NCBI RefSeq assembly: GCF_009834535.1
Contig: NC_045696.1
Coordinates: forward strand, 73,286,001-73,350,000
Length of the DNA: 64,000 bases
Direction of reading: 5' to 3'
Source of the DNA: Camelus ferus
Taxonomy: Eukaryota
The notes under the pieces are model-generated. The model made no database searches. It was not told the origin of the DNA and saw only the letters and a list, made by a program, of their open reading frames with translations. The stretch's first letter is position 1. Each line of letters begins with the position of its first letter. This document shows positions 1-11,463 of this stretch, in pieces. Made by a program: the position numbers and the translations under genes.

Positions 1-54
1 CCTGGCTGCTCCTCCCCACCTGGTTATTCTCCCTTTAGGTATTTCATGTTCTCT

Positions 55-750
55 TAAAATGAGCCTCAGTTTCCTCATCTGAAAAATGGGCAAATTGATA
101 CTTTTCAGGATTCTTGTAAGACTTGAAGTTAAAAATCTATATTCTAAGTAAGTGAAGTAAGCCAGAAAGAGAAAAGAAAGATACCATATGATATCACTCA
201 TATTTGGAGTCTAAAAAAAAAAAAAGAAGACACTAATGAAATTACTACAAAACAGAAACAGACTCACAGACATAGCAAACAATCTTATGGTTACTGGTGG
301 GGAGGGGGGTGGGAAGGAATAAATTGGGAGTTGGAGATTTGTAGATATTAACTACTATATATAAAATAGATAAACAACGAATTTCTTCTATATAGCACAG
401 GGAACTATAGTCAATATCTTGTAGTAACCTATAATGAAAAAGAATATGAAAACAAATATATGTATGTACATGTATGACTGAAGCATTATGCTGTACACCA
501 GAAATTGACACAACATTATAAACTGACTATATACGCCAATCAATCATTCAAAAAAAAAAAATCTCTTAAGTGCTTACAGCCGAGAGCCGCAGTGGGGTGC
601 TCCTGGGCACCAGTGCCTGGAACACATGAGACCCTAAGAAATGGTGATAATGTGACCTTGGACAATTTTCTAAACCTCTCTGCGTCTCAGTTTCTTCAAA
701 TGTAAAACGGGGACAGCAATGTCACCTACATCATGGGGTGACTGTGAATA
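55..750. mobile_element. MIR SINE fragments (one split by an L1 3' fragment)
   Basis: MIR core gcctcagtttcctcatctgaaaaatggg at ~62-90 and gtctcagtttcttcaaatgtaaaacgggg at ~684-712. Confidence 0.8.
141..561 (+). mobile_element. 5'-truncated L1 3' end with poly(A)
   Basis: Matches the ORF2 end/3'UTR of the L1s at 14960-15365 and 30080-30460; ends in an A-run. Confidence 0.9.
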
Positions 751-1509
751 TTGTATGACAAGGGAAGGGAAGGACCATATGTTTAATTATTCTTTTCATT
801 ATTTCCTGACATGTGGCTAACACCATGGAGCAGCTCGGGAGAGCACGCCTAGAACACTGTCACTGGCATCAAAACATCAGGCCCTCCAACTCCAAAGACT
901 GCATCGTCTGTAAGTAGACCATTGCTCCATCCAAACAACTGCCACACACTTAAACCCTTCAGATGGACTTCACGTGCTAGCCACTCTTGAGCAAAGCTCC
1001 CTAGACTTTAAGATACTTTTGTAAACAACTCTTAATCTCCCTTTTCAGTGAGTGTTGACTGTGCTTAGTTAGCATTAGGAGGCCTTGTGATGTTAGAGAA
1101 ATGGCCTGCGATCACTGCCACAGTTACTTTCTACATGGCTTGGCAGGAAAGGAAGAAGAAACAACCTAAATCTCCCACCATCTCTGCCCCCATCACAGAT
1201 GATTCCTAAGCCCACGGCAGAGACTCTGTTTCATTAAGGCATCATACCTCGTGGTGAATTTGCACAGTAGTGAGGAAACACTATTAAGATACAAATCTTC
1301 TAAATTTTCATGCATGTGAGGGCCCAGAAAAACGGAAACAAAAACAAACAACCAACAAAAAACCTTTGGAGTGATGCTGAAGCATTTGTGTTTGGAAAGT
1401 GGAAACTATTTTAATTGCAATGCATAGACTTGGGATTTCCTGATTAAGTGCTTTGGTCATTAGAAAATCTTTTTTGCTTCAATTCATATTAAAATATTTC
1501 TAAACAATA

Positions 1510-2035
1510 TGCTTTTATTACAGTTATTTTACAAAAGAAAAGGTGACACTGTTTCATAAGGAAAAATCTGTAAAACATGGACAAATATGAAGAAAATGAA
1601 CATCATACATAATCACGGTTTGCTGTGAGAACTCTGTTAATGTTTCAGTGTTTTTAATACATGTGTATAACCATACACCTTTATGTATTTTTCATAAAAT
1701 TGGAATTATACTATTCTATATATTGTTTGATAACTTTGTTTTTAAAAAGTAACACTATACCATGAACATTTCCCTGTCATTAAATATTTTTCTAAAATAT
1801 TTGTATGGCTAAATGATGTTCCATTACATGCACATACAAAGATTTATTGCAAGAATCTCCTATGGTTGAACATTTATGCTGTTACCAAAAGTTTAGCATT
1901 ATTTAACTGTGATGGAAATAGCCCTATAACTCCTAATATTCATTTCTGTTTATGAATTTAAAATTCTATAAGTGGAATTATTTGGTTTATAAAAGATGTA
2001 TATATTATAAATACAGATGACCTTTCTTTTGCTAA
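1510..2035 (-). mobile_element. Ancient L1M(E)-like 3' end
   Basis: Degenerate antisense L1 3'UTR motifs (catgaacatttccctgtcattaaata; ctcctatggttgaacattta). Confidence 0.55.
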
Positions 2036-2374
2036 TTTGACTATATGTCAAAAAGAAAAAAGATAAAAAGTAAAAAAATATAAAAAGGTAAAAGAGCCCA
2101 AACTCTGTAACATCTAAGTACCACTATACACAAGACCCTGAGCTACTTTTTCAGTTTTAGGCCTGAATTCTCTCTACCCCCTCTCCTTCCCTCCCTCCCC
2201 CCTCCTCATACTCCCCTCAAAGCCACTTGAGCCCCAGGCACAGTAGCACTTGCTACTATTGAATAATTCACGAACCTTAATAGATCTGGGCTTTTGCTCC
2301 TTCTGCTCTCTCCACCTAGAATGTTCTTTTCAACATGGGAAGCTGCCTGCCCACTCCCCAAGGCCTGTCCAGTC

Positions 2375-2545
2375 TTGAGTGAATGACTTAACCTCTCTGG
2401 GCCTCAGAATCCACACCTGTGAAACAGACATAGTCACTCTACTTTCCTCCTAACATTGTTAGAGGATCAATGAATTAATACTTACAGAGGCATTAAAATA
2501 AGGCTTGCCAAAATTTAAGAAATGCCCAACGAATGTTAGCTGTTT
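2375..2545. mobile_element. MIR SINE
   Basis: gacttaacctctctgggcctcag...tgtgaaacag core. Confidence 0.75.
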
Positions 2546-2699
2546 AATATTACTGTAACTTGACATAATATCTCATCTGTATTATGCAACCAGTTTATAC
2601 ATAATTCCATGTGATTTCTAGGAGACTCACCAGCTCCAGGATTTCATGAATTGATTGCAGTTGTTAGACTCTAGAAGGGACCTCAGAGATCATCTAACT

Positions 2700-2872
2700 C
2701 TGTTCATCGAAGTACGATGAATCACCTCGGGAGCCTGTGAAAAATGCAGTTACTTGAGCCCTACTCCAGTCCTACTGAACAGCATCTCTGGTGCTGGGGC
2801 CTAGGAAAACGCATTTTTACCCAGCTCCAGGTGATTATTAAATTAAGCATGATAAGGCTTGGGAACTACTCA
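2700..2872. mobile_element. MER5-like hAT-Charlie DNA transposon relic
   Basis: gaatcacctcgggagcctgtgaaaaatgcag...ctactgaa...catttttacccagctccaggtgatt. Confidence 0.75.
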
Positions 2873-3962
2873 TTATAGTCTACAATCATAGGTCTGCCAA
2901 TGGGACTACAAGGCCACAAAAGGTTAAGTAATTCTCCTTCAACAAAAGTAGAAAAAACCCATCTAGTTTGTGGAATGAAAGAATTGCCATATCCCACATC
3001 ACCAGTGAAACACAAACGATTTCAAGGATGCTTCAATGACGCTGCAGTTCCAAGCTTTTGTACTGGAATAAAGGAGGAATGTGAGCTCAGATCAGGCTTA
3101 AAATTTGATTCCAGATCTGTTGGCAGGAAGATTGATCAAAGTTCGACCTAATTGTGGTCTCTCATTTATGGTGAAAGTGTTACTCCCAATGAAGAATTGA
3201 TCTCAGTCACTGAACAGTGAGTGACACTACTGTAAACACATACCCACACCCTGCAGGACAAAGCAGCTTGCTCTTGATGAAGACATTTCTATTTTGTCTT
3301 GTCTATTTAATCTGACATTTGTCTTTTGGCAGAAGATGCATTATTGAGACAAAGAACAGAGATGATGCCTCCTTCCTTTTGGAACCACATGAAGAAATTT
3401 CATTTTATTTTATTTTAGGGGTGAGCGGATATGTGAGTTGAGGGAAGATTTCCTGTATAATTATTTCTGAGATACATATTTCCATTTGAGGAAAAGCCAT
3501 ACAAGAAAATGAAGTCCATTCTTAATAAATCAGACTATTCATTTTATTCAGGACCACTTCTATTTTTGAAAGCGAACATAGTTAATTCTGAAGTCAAACA
3601 CAACAGTGGTATTAGACTACCACACCCGCTGCTTAAACCATGTGATCGGAACAGAGTTCCAACTTTAAATAAACAAAATTAAGACCTTAAAAAAAAGAGA
3701 ATGGTTCTGTATTTCCTGGTGAAGAATATGATATATTTCCTAAATGGAAGAAAAAAAAAAAAAAAAACAACACTTACCCACAATTGCTACTTAGAGAAAT
3801 AAGAATTTGTAGCACCTACAGAAAACCTCTGAGGCTATTTGTTATAGTAAAATTAATAAAAAGAAAAATTAATTACTAGAGAGTACACAGGGCAAATGGG
3901 CCCGCTGTCTTATGCCATGATCGTCCTGGGCAGGGGCACACCAACGGGAACACGTTCCTGGG

Positions 3963-4232
3963 AGTGTATACCATACATCCATGCCCACCACAGGTTTGGC
4001 CAGGTGTCTGCATGTGGAGAGAGTTTCCCAGAAATAGTATTTTCCCACTTTCCCTGTTTCTCACAGGTTTGGGGCAGAATCCAACTGCCCTTTGGCATCC
4101 TCTCCTCAATACCAGAAGTATATGAGTGACATGAGTCACAAAAGAGTGGCCAAGATTGCAATATTCATAAGCAACCAAAGAATTTCATCTTGGGGTGCAC
4201 AACCTTTGGGGAATCACTAAGAATATTCCTTC
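3963..4232 (+). pseudogene. Repeat A: pore/selectivity filter and start of C-linker
   Basis: 3963-4045 reads SVYHTSMPTTG[tt]GQVSACGESFPEIVFS; one missing base restores TTG(F/Y)G, compare KCNH GFGNVS...EKIFS. 4137-4232 reads HKRVAKIAIFISNQRISSWGAQPLGNH*EYSF, an ungapped match to the hydrophobic pattern of C-linker helices A'-B'. Confidence 0.65.
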
Positions 4233-4235
4233 ACA

Positions 4236-4362
4236 ATAGGCTTTTACAAGGTATTGAATATAGTTTCCTGTGCTATACAGCAGGACTTTGCTGTTTACCT
4301 ATTTTATGTATAGTAGCTAAATTAACACAACATTATAAACTGACTATACATCAATTAAAAAA
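4236..4362. mobile_element. Tiny L1 3'-end insertion with inverted 5' part
   Basis: 4236-4318 is antisense L1 3'UTR; 4319-4362 is the sense terminal piece ending in A6. Confidence 0.8.
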
Positions 4363-4569
4363 CCCAGACTATCTCTTCAAGTTCTGCATCTCCTTCACTC
4401 TTATCTCCACCCTTCCCGCTCTGCCAAATTCCCTCCTTACTCTGCATCATCTCATTCATTCTTCCTGACAGACTCTGTAGCAAGCAGTTTGTTTGGTTTG
4501 ACTTTGAAATATTGTTAAGTGGCCAAAAAGCTGAAATGACAAAACACCTTGGCTTTACTTCGTCATTCA

Positions 4570-4960
4570 ATATAATCTTTAAAACTCCATTGTAATCTTA
4601 AAGATCTTAAAGATGTAGTGGCTATTACACAGTTTTCACTAGCTGCAAAATTCATCATTCATGCTTCCAGGGGGCCAGGTTGTTAGATGACACATTCCTT
4701 GCACAAATCAAAGTGTACATGTCCCTGCGTGCTATACTTCTCAGGCACTGGATCCATGTACAGCTACAATGTCTGAGGCTGATTTCATCAAAGTGTGGAT
4801 CATCTATGTTTCTCATATTCCTCAAACAATAATCAGAGGGGTATTCTGTGCCATAGTTTCACCTGACCCAAGAATTTTATCATAAGTAGAATTAAACTGT
4901 TTATAATGGAGCCAGGACAAATATCCTGCTGGTACTGAAGGGTTTATTGGTTTTTAATGG
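4570..4960 (+). pseudogene. Repeat A: end of C-linker and CNBD
   Basis: LLDDTFLAQI (4680-4709, alpha-A like), IIRGVFCAIVSPD (4829-4867, beta3-beta4 like) and IMEPGQ (4903-4920, beta6 like) occur in the expected order, across frameshifts. Confidence 0.62.
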
Positions 4961-5055
4961 GTGCGATGCATGTATTGTATCTATGAACTGTGATTTAAAA
5001 GCAAAATTGGAAATTGAGTTTGGCATCACCAGTTCTTTACCAACCAATGCTTAAG

Positions 5056-5300
5056 ATGTTGAGACCTATATTCTGCATTCTCATCTATGTATTTCAGTAT
5101 TAGGTTTGCTTAGAAAAAAGGTCTAATGTGAAGTCTCATATTTAGCTAGTTTTCCACAATGACTCAGTACTGTTTCTGTCATACTGGAAGGACTATTCCT
5201 GTCCATCTTCTGTATGTGAATGAAATTGCCTTGAATGTGTCAAACCTCATCTTATTAATATGACCTATTCTTCTAATTTATCAAAATGGTATTCAATTCT
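5056..5300 (+). pseudogene. Repeat B: S1-S2 remnants
   Basis: Hydrophobic MLRPIFCILIYVFQY (5056-5100), then HLLYVNEIALNV (5204-5239), which fits the S2 pattern DxxYxxDIxLNF. Confidence 0.5.
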
Positions 5301-5570
5301 AGTTTTTGCCAACAAATCATTGGTTTCATCAAGCTTAATGAATGTATTATTCTGGTAGTAAGGTCATTTATACAATGTTAAATCATTAGGACAAATCCTG
5401 GAACGATATTTAATATATAAGACTGGCAACACACTAATATTAATTTGCTTTTTCAGACAACAGCCCAATCAGCTGAGCCTTCTTAAGATTTTCCTGGTTT
5501 TTATATCACCAAGTTACATAAGAAGGAAAAATTGTCAAAATGTACTATGTCCTTTGCATTTTGACTTTAG

Positions 5571-5734
5571 TGTTGAATTAAGATTGCTATTGAGGTCGAT
5601 TAGATTAACCTGATAAGGGTCAGGTGCTATTTGTCGTTGATATTCCAACATTTGTAGCAATATTCTAAGTGCTAATAAACTGATGTCTTGGTGGAAACCT
5701 CCTGCTTTGCAGATTGTTTGCAAAATAATTTCAG
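5571..5734 (+). pseudogene. Repeat B: S4-S5 exon
   Basis: Acceptor cctttgcattttgactttag, donor cag|gtgatt. Reads VELRLLLRSIRLT*(tga) with periodic Arg; after a frameshift, LIRVRCYLSLIFQHL*Q. Confidence 0.62.
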
Positions 5735-7377
5735 GTGATTCATTTCATTTTCTGTCATGCCACTGTCATATGGCCACATTTAAATAATATTTAATTATGA
5801 CTACATACCTAATTTGAAAACCTCAGATAAAATATGCAATAAAAATGAAGAGAAAGGAGTGGTTTCTTGGGTATTTCATAATGAGACATAAAATGCTCAA
5901 GATAAGCAAAAATTAAAAATGATGATTCCAACCCTTTGAAATGTTATCTAACGTATTATGTGTTAGAGAGGCTCTAGCCTATTTGAAAAATCATCAATAC
6001 TTGAATTATAAATAAAAAAATTTAGAAATAATTTCATTTACTTTCAAATATCAAACTATCTAAAGGAAAAAATCCGCAGCGATTTATTTTTTATGAAAGA
6101 GGTATTTGTAGTTACTTTATCATCCACTTTTTTCAGTAAAAAGGGAATTAAACTATTACAGGACACCTTGTTAAGTAATTATATAGCAACATCACTGTGC
6201 AATTAAATAGCCATCAGTTCCTGCAGCTGAGAAATTTCAGGTAATTATTCAAAGATAATTTAATAGGAGAATTACTGTATTCAAGCAAGCATTAGCTAGT
6301 AATCTACCTCAATTAAAGCACCCAATTAATTTCAGAACCTTGATAACAGTTGCCTTTGGCAAAACTATCCTTTCCCCTCATTTGATCCTACATACACAAT
6401 ATTCCTTAAACATTGTATAAAGTTAATTTACTTCTTTTAAAAGAATAGTCTATTAATACTATCTCCTGAGAAATTAAACAAATGCAAGTATAAAAAATAC
6501 TCCTTTTTCTTCTCTCTCTCTCTCTCATTTGTACCAGGTTCCACCTAGCCTCTTGTGTAGAAACTGAACAAGGTAGATTTGGATTCTGGAACATCAGCTT
6601 TCTCAGTTTTCACCACAAAGAGCAGAAAACTTCCTAGCAATGGAAACTTCCAGAAGGGGCTTTTGTTTTCAGATTGATCAGTTCATTAGAATTGATAATT
6701 GGGAAACTATCCTTGGGAAATGTGCCCCTATGAATTTGGTGGTGATGACGGTGGTGGAGGTAAATATAAATACACACACACACACACACAGACTCTTCTG
6801 AGAGGAATTTCTTTGACTGTGTTTTCACTTGAGTTTTCATGCTTAACAGGAAAAAGCCTTAGCTTTGGAGTCAGGCTGGTTTTGGAAACGCATAGGAGAA
6901 ATACTTCTTGGTTGTTTGAGAGGCTACTAATCTTGTTGACTTCAAGTTTTCAAATTGTTCCGTAACAGTCTTCTTGGGTTGGACTCATTCAAGTTCTACT
7001 AGTTTCTTAGACAATTCACTCAGCCTTTTTGAGCTTCAGGTATGGAACTGCCTGGACCAGTGCAGGACACTACTAAGAGGCCATTCTCAGCCCAGTTGTG
7101 AGTGTCCTCCTTGCTGGGTGTCTCATGCTATCAGTCTTCCAGAAAGGAGAGTCCATGGCCAGTAGCTTGAGCTTACTTGCCTCAAGACCAAATTAAAAAG
7201 AAGTATAAAGTTGATAATAATGAGGCAAGTACACAAATTTGGCGCTGTGTATTGTCAGATGATTAGAAATGCCAAAATACATAAACGGTTTGCCTCTGGC
7301 CATCACTTTCAAAGTTCTGGGAGTTCTCATAGCAGTTAGGGCAACTGGATAAGAAAAGATCATGTAGATGTCCACAG

Positions 7378-7596
7378 ATGACTCAGGACTTATTATTGCA
7401 GGCTCAGTTTTCCACATCCTCAATCAGCAGCAACATTTGCCTTCGTCCCTTTAACTTTATCCTTTGGTTGGCTGCCTTTTCACTTTCAGTTCCATTTGGA
7501 AAAATCACCCAGCATGGGCTGTTCATTCTGATTCTCACCTACCATTCTCTTAAGGCCCTGGGTATTTCCCTGGGTGAGAACATATTGCATCTGTAG
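7378..7596 (+). pseudogene. Repeat B: pore segment
   Basis: An open frame contains FILWLAAFSLSVPFGKIT (7456-7509), with the same spacing as the pore helix/filter YWxxxTxTSVG(F/Y)GDI. Donor tag|gtaaca follows 7596. Confidence 0.55.
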
Positions 7597-8688
7597 GTAA
7601 CAAGTTCCCACCTAGCTCAGGTTCCTGGGACCTCACCCAACCCAACACCCAATTGTCAGAGGAGAGGGACAGATGGTTGAGAGATTACTGGGCTAGACAC
7701 ATGTTGCTCAGGCCTAAACTACAGTGAGGTGAGTGAAGCTGAGTCACGCAAGTGATGGGTCAGATTCTACCCGGTTTTTTGATATTGTTGCTGCACAGTC
7801 ACCTAGTTTTTGACCATTAGAATATGTAACTGAGTATAGTTGCTCCACTTTTTGTCTTCATTTCCCCAAATTTCTGTTAAATCCAAAGTTTAATTTTCTC
7901 CACTAAATTTGATCATCACATCTTTCCACTTGGGCCATTTTTTCTAGTAGGTAAAGGGTAAGTCATACTTCCACTGCAAAACCATAACATTTATACTATA
8001 AATAGGAAAGCTTTCAAAATGCTGATTTATTTTAAGGTAGTTTCATCCTCCACAAAGTTTAACAATGGCTTTCTGATAGGGTTTAAGGTTTTGGAGATTC
8101 ATATGAGAAAAAATTTTTGGTCATCCCCTTAATTAACTTTAAACCCAACAAAGGCATTCCTGAACTTGTGGCTTCCCCAGGGAAGACTGAGGGCTGAGTT
8201 TAGCAACTTTTGGTGCTGGCCATATAACAGGAAAGAGGACATACCCAAGGCATCTGGTATCATGTCTGGCATATTTTAGGCTCAAAGCGTATCTATTACA
8301 TGAATGAGTCCTCTGCCTTTCTCCCCAGGACCAGGCTTTACCCTGCATGTGGTTTGGATGGTCTAGTCAGTGTGCAGTTGTACTGTTAACTTAGTAAAGT
8401 TTTGTTAACCAGTATACTAGTGCACTATTTCCTGTTACATTGAGATTAACCAACAGGAAAGGTCTTTTTAAGTCCAACAAGCAGAAAAACAAAAATACCA
8501 GTTTGAATATTCTATATCTCAGTCCATTTGGACTGGAAAAAATTTTTAAATTGAAAAAATATGAGAGAGAAAATTAAATTCCTTGAGAGAAATCAGTGAT
8601 GTTCCCTTCCACAAAGGGGTTTATTAGCATAAATATATTGATGAGGTCCAAGTTACAGCTTGTAAGATTTTTCCACTTTGTAATGTAG

Positions 8689-8821
8689 GCATCATCAGTA
8701 ACTGGCAATATTTACTATCTAGAGTTGTGATCCTGTCGACATCCAGAGTCAAATTACATATCTATCAAACCCGTAATCACTAGTGCATTCCCAGCACATA
8801 TAATCCAAATGATTAAAGTAG
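8689..8821 (+). pseudogene. Repeat B: S6 end / C-linker start exon
   Basis: Acceptor ttccactttgtaatgtag, donor tag|gtaatg. Reads (G)IISNWQYLLSRVVILSTSRVKLHIYQTR, with G-to-YQ spacing equal to the CNG S6 G...FQ spacing. Confidence 0.5.
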
Positions 8822-9926
8822 GTAATGATTTCTCCAAAATAACCACAAGATGCCCATAGGATTTAATTTGCTCTATCTTGTTACCTCTTGCTATTCTAAT
8901 TATTACTGCTTTTTGGAGTTAAGGTACCTGAAATTTTCTTTAAGAATTACAAATGGTATACTTTGCTTTCTTATCATGTCATAGAACTCTGTTATTTATC
9001 ACATTTTGAAAAAAAAATCTGCAGAAGATTTAATAAGAAATTTTAAAGCCCCAGTGGATTTTACACCAATGCAAACACCTTAAATAAAGCAGCCCGTAAT
9101 TGATTAATAAAAAGCTAAGTAATTTTGGTATTAATATGATCCCCTGGGAGGCCCCCATAATCACAACTAGCAGGCCAGTCACAGTATTGCTCAATTACAT
9201 ATCCAGGTAAATAATCTGCAAATCGACAAACCCTGTAAGGGGATTTTCAGCATTTCCAATTTGTTAATCCATGATAAATGCCTCTCAGAGGTTGGACAAA
9301 GCCCAGGTCCTTACATATTTTGAGATTCCTGGTTTGTTAAAATGATTTAAAGCAGAGTTACCAGAAGTATTTTATATTTAAAATATACCATTAAAAACAT
9401 TATATTTATAACACTAATGCCTAACACATTAGTGCTATAAACATGCACAAAATATAATCCTCTATGATTGTCTATATAAAAATTATATTTATAAACTGTC
9501 AATCTGCAGTGCACTCCAGGTGGCATGACCTGGTACCAGGGCACTAGTTTCCTTCTCTGTAACCTGTCTGGATATCTCTGTGATGAAGCATGTTAGTCCA
9601 CAGGAGACCTTTGGTGATCATGAGGGCTGGGCCAAGGGCCCACTGTCCTCCCTCATCCCCATTGGGCTCAGGTAGATCCAGTCACTACTGCCACAAAAAT
9701 CAAAGACCCTGTTTCTGCCCTGCTCTAGTTGCTTTTGTTAAAAAATTCCAAGAAAGGATGCATTATAATTACCTAGAGGAACCCAACTCAGTGCTTAAAT
9801 CATTCACCCTTCAAAAGTGTTCTTTTTTAAACCACATTTTTCTTCTCTCCTCAACCTGACCTCATTGAAGATTAGTGATTCTGCCTTGTTGAATTTTGAA
9901 AGTGTGTTGTCATTCGCCCCAACCCC

Positions 9927-9928
<2 letters not shown>

Positions 9929-9958
<30 letters not shown>
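9929..9958. repeat. Poly(T) tract
   Basis: About 30 consecutive T. Confidence 0.95.
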
Positions 9959-9959
<1 letters not shown>

Positions 9960-10232
9960 GTTAAGTAGCTCTAATTCTTCTAAATTTTTTCTATGAGTCT
10001 TGGGCTATTTTTATCCTCTGAATACTGAAGTCATCACATTCACTTCTTGAAGTGAAAGACAGTAAAGAGAAATAATGTGATTTGCACATTATTTTAACCT
10101 AAGGAATACATGCAACTGATTTAATCACAGGCATAGGGCAAAGTTCTGTAAAGAAATAATGCCACCATTTGCTTATCTCTGCATTATATTATTGTAAAAG
10201 ATACAAAAAGAAGTGGGACTTCATATAGCATT

Positions 10233-11322
10233 CTTTTTTTTTAAAAAATTGAAGTATAATTTGACATATAATATATTAGTTTCAGGGATACAATTTTGTA
10301 TACACTGTGTATTTGTATACACTGTGAAATGAACATTGGAAAGTACCCTCTGTAACCATACAAAGTTACCAAATATTCAATATAATATTGTTAACTATAG
10401 TCGCCAAGCTCACATTCATCCCATGACTTACTTATTTTATGAATGAAAGACTGTACCTCTTGACCTCTGTTACCTATTCCCCCCAACCCCTGCCCCAATT
10501 GTTCTCCCATCTGACAACCACCATTCTGTTCTCTGTATCAAGGAGTTTTGTTTTGCTTTCTCCATTTGTTTTGTTTTTCACATATAAATAAAATCATACA
10601 TTATTTGCCTTTCTCTGTCTGATTTATTTCTCTTGGCATAACACTCTCAAGGTCTGTCCATGTTGTCACAAATTGCAAGATCTTATTCTTTTCTTATGGT
10701 CGAGTGATATTCCTTTGCATATTTATGCTACATCTTCTTTATCCAATCATCCATTGGTGGACACTTAGTTTGTTTTCATATTTTGCCTATTGTGAATAAT
10801 GCTGCATTGAACATAGGGGTGAAAATATCTCTTCAAATTAGTGTTCTCATACTCTTTGGATAAATATCCAAAAGTGAAATTGCTGGATCATATTAAGTTT
10901 TTTGAGTAACCTCCAAACTGTTTTCCATAGAGCTATACCAATTTACACTCCCATCAACAATAAACAATGGTCCTCTTTCTGTTCATATCCTCACCAACAC
11001 TTGTTAATGTGGATGCCCCTGGAGAATGTCATTCTAAGTGAATTAAGCCAGAAAGAGAAAGAAAAATACCATATGAGATCACTCATATGTGGAATCTTAA
11101 AACAACAACAAGAACAACAACAACATAAATACAAAACAGAAACAGATTCATAGACATAGAATACAAACTTGTGGTTGCCAAGGCCGAGGGGAGGGATAGA
11201 CTGGGAGTTCAAAATTTGTAGATATTTCTTCTCTTTTTGATAATAGCCATTCTAAAAGGTGTGAAGTGATATCTCATTGTGATTTTGATTTGTATTTCCA
11301 TGACGATAAGTAATACTGAGAA
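10233..11322 (-). mobile_element. L1 3' end (antisense), interrupted at 11007-11224
   Basis: A T-run, then antisense 3'UTR and ORF2 C-terminus (the minus frame reads [23 protein letters not shown]). Confidence 0.9.
11007..11224 (+). mobile_element. Internal fragment of young L1 (ORF2 end/3'UTR), no poly(A)
   Basis: Close match to 30055-30270 (LENVILSELSQKEKEKYHMRSLICGI). Confidence 0.9.
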
Positions 11323-11463
11323 CAGTTTTGAGTAACATTGAGCACTATGACTAGTAACAACTAGCTTGTTCTCCATATCTCTGAGTCTCTTTTGTTTATT
11401 CATTTGCTTTATTTTGTAGATTCCACATATAAGTGGAAATATACAGTATTTGTCCTTCTCTAT

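Noticed and set aside
825..909. caccATGg start, short open frame and gtaagt donor
   Set aside because: No recognisable protein and no link to other exons; such combinations occur by chance.
2990..3200. LIPDLLAGRLIKVR as S3/S4 of repeat A
   Set aside because: The position fits, but the spacing is too compressed to support by eye; left uncalled.
3778..5723. Minus-strand exon pair (3778-3815 VLQILISLSSNC and ORF 5535-5723)
   Set aside because: The upstream piece lacks an acceptor and has a weak donor; the same DNA is better explained by the + strand S4 exon.
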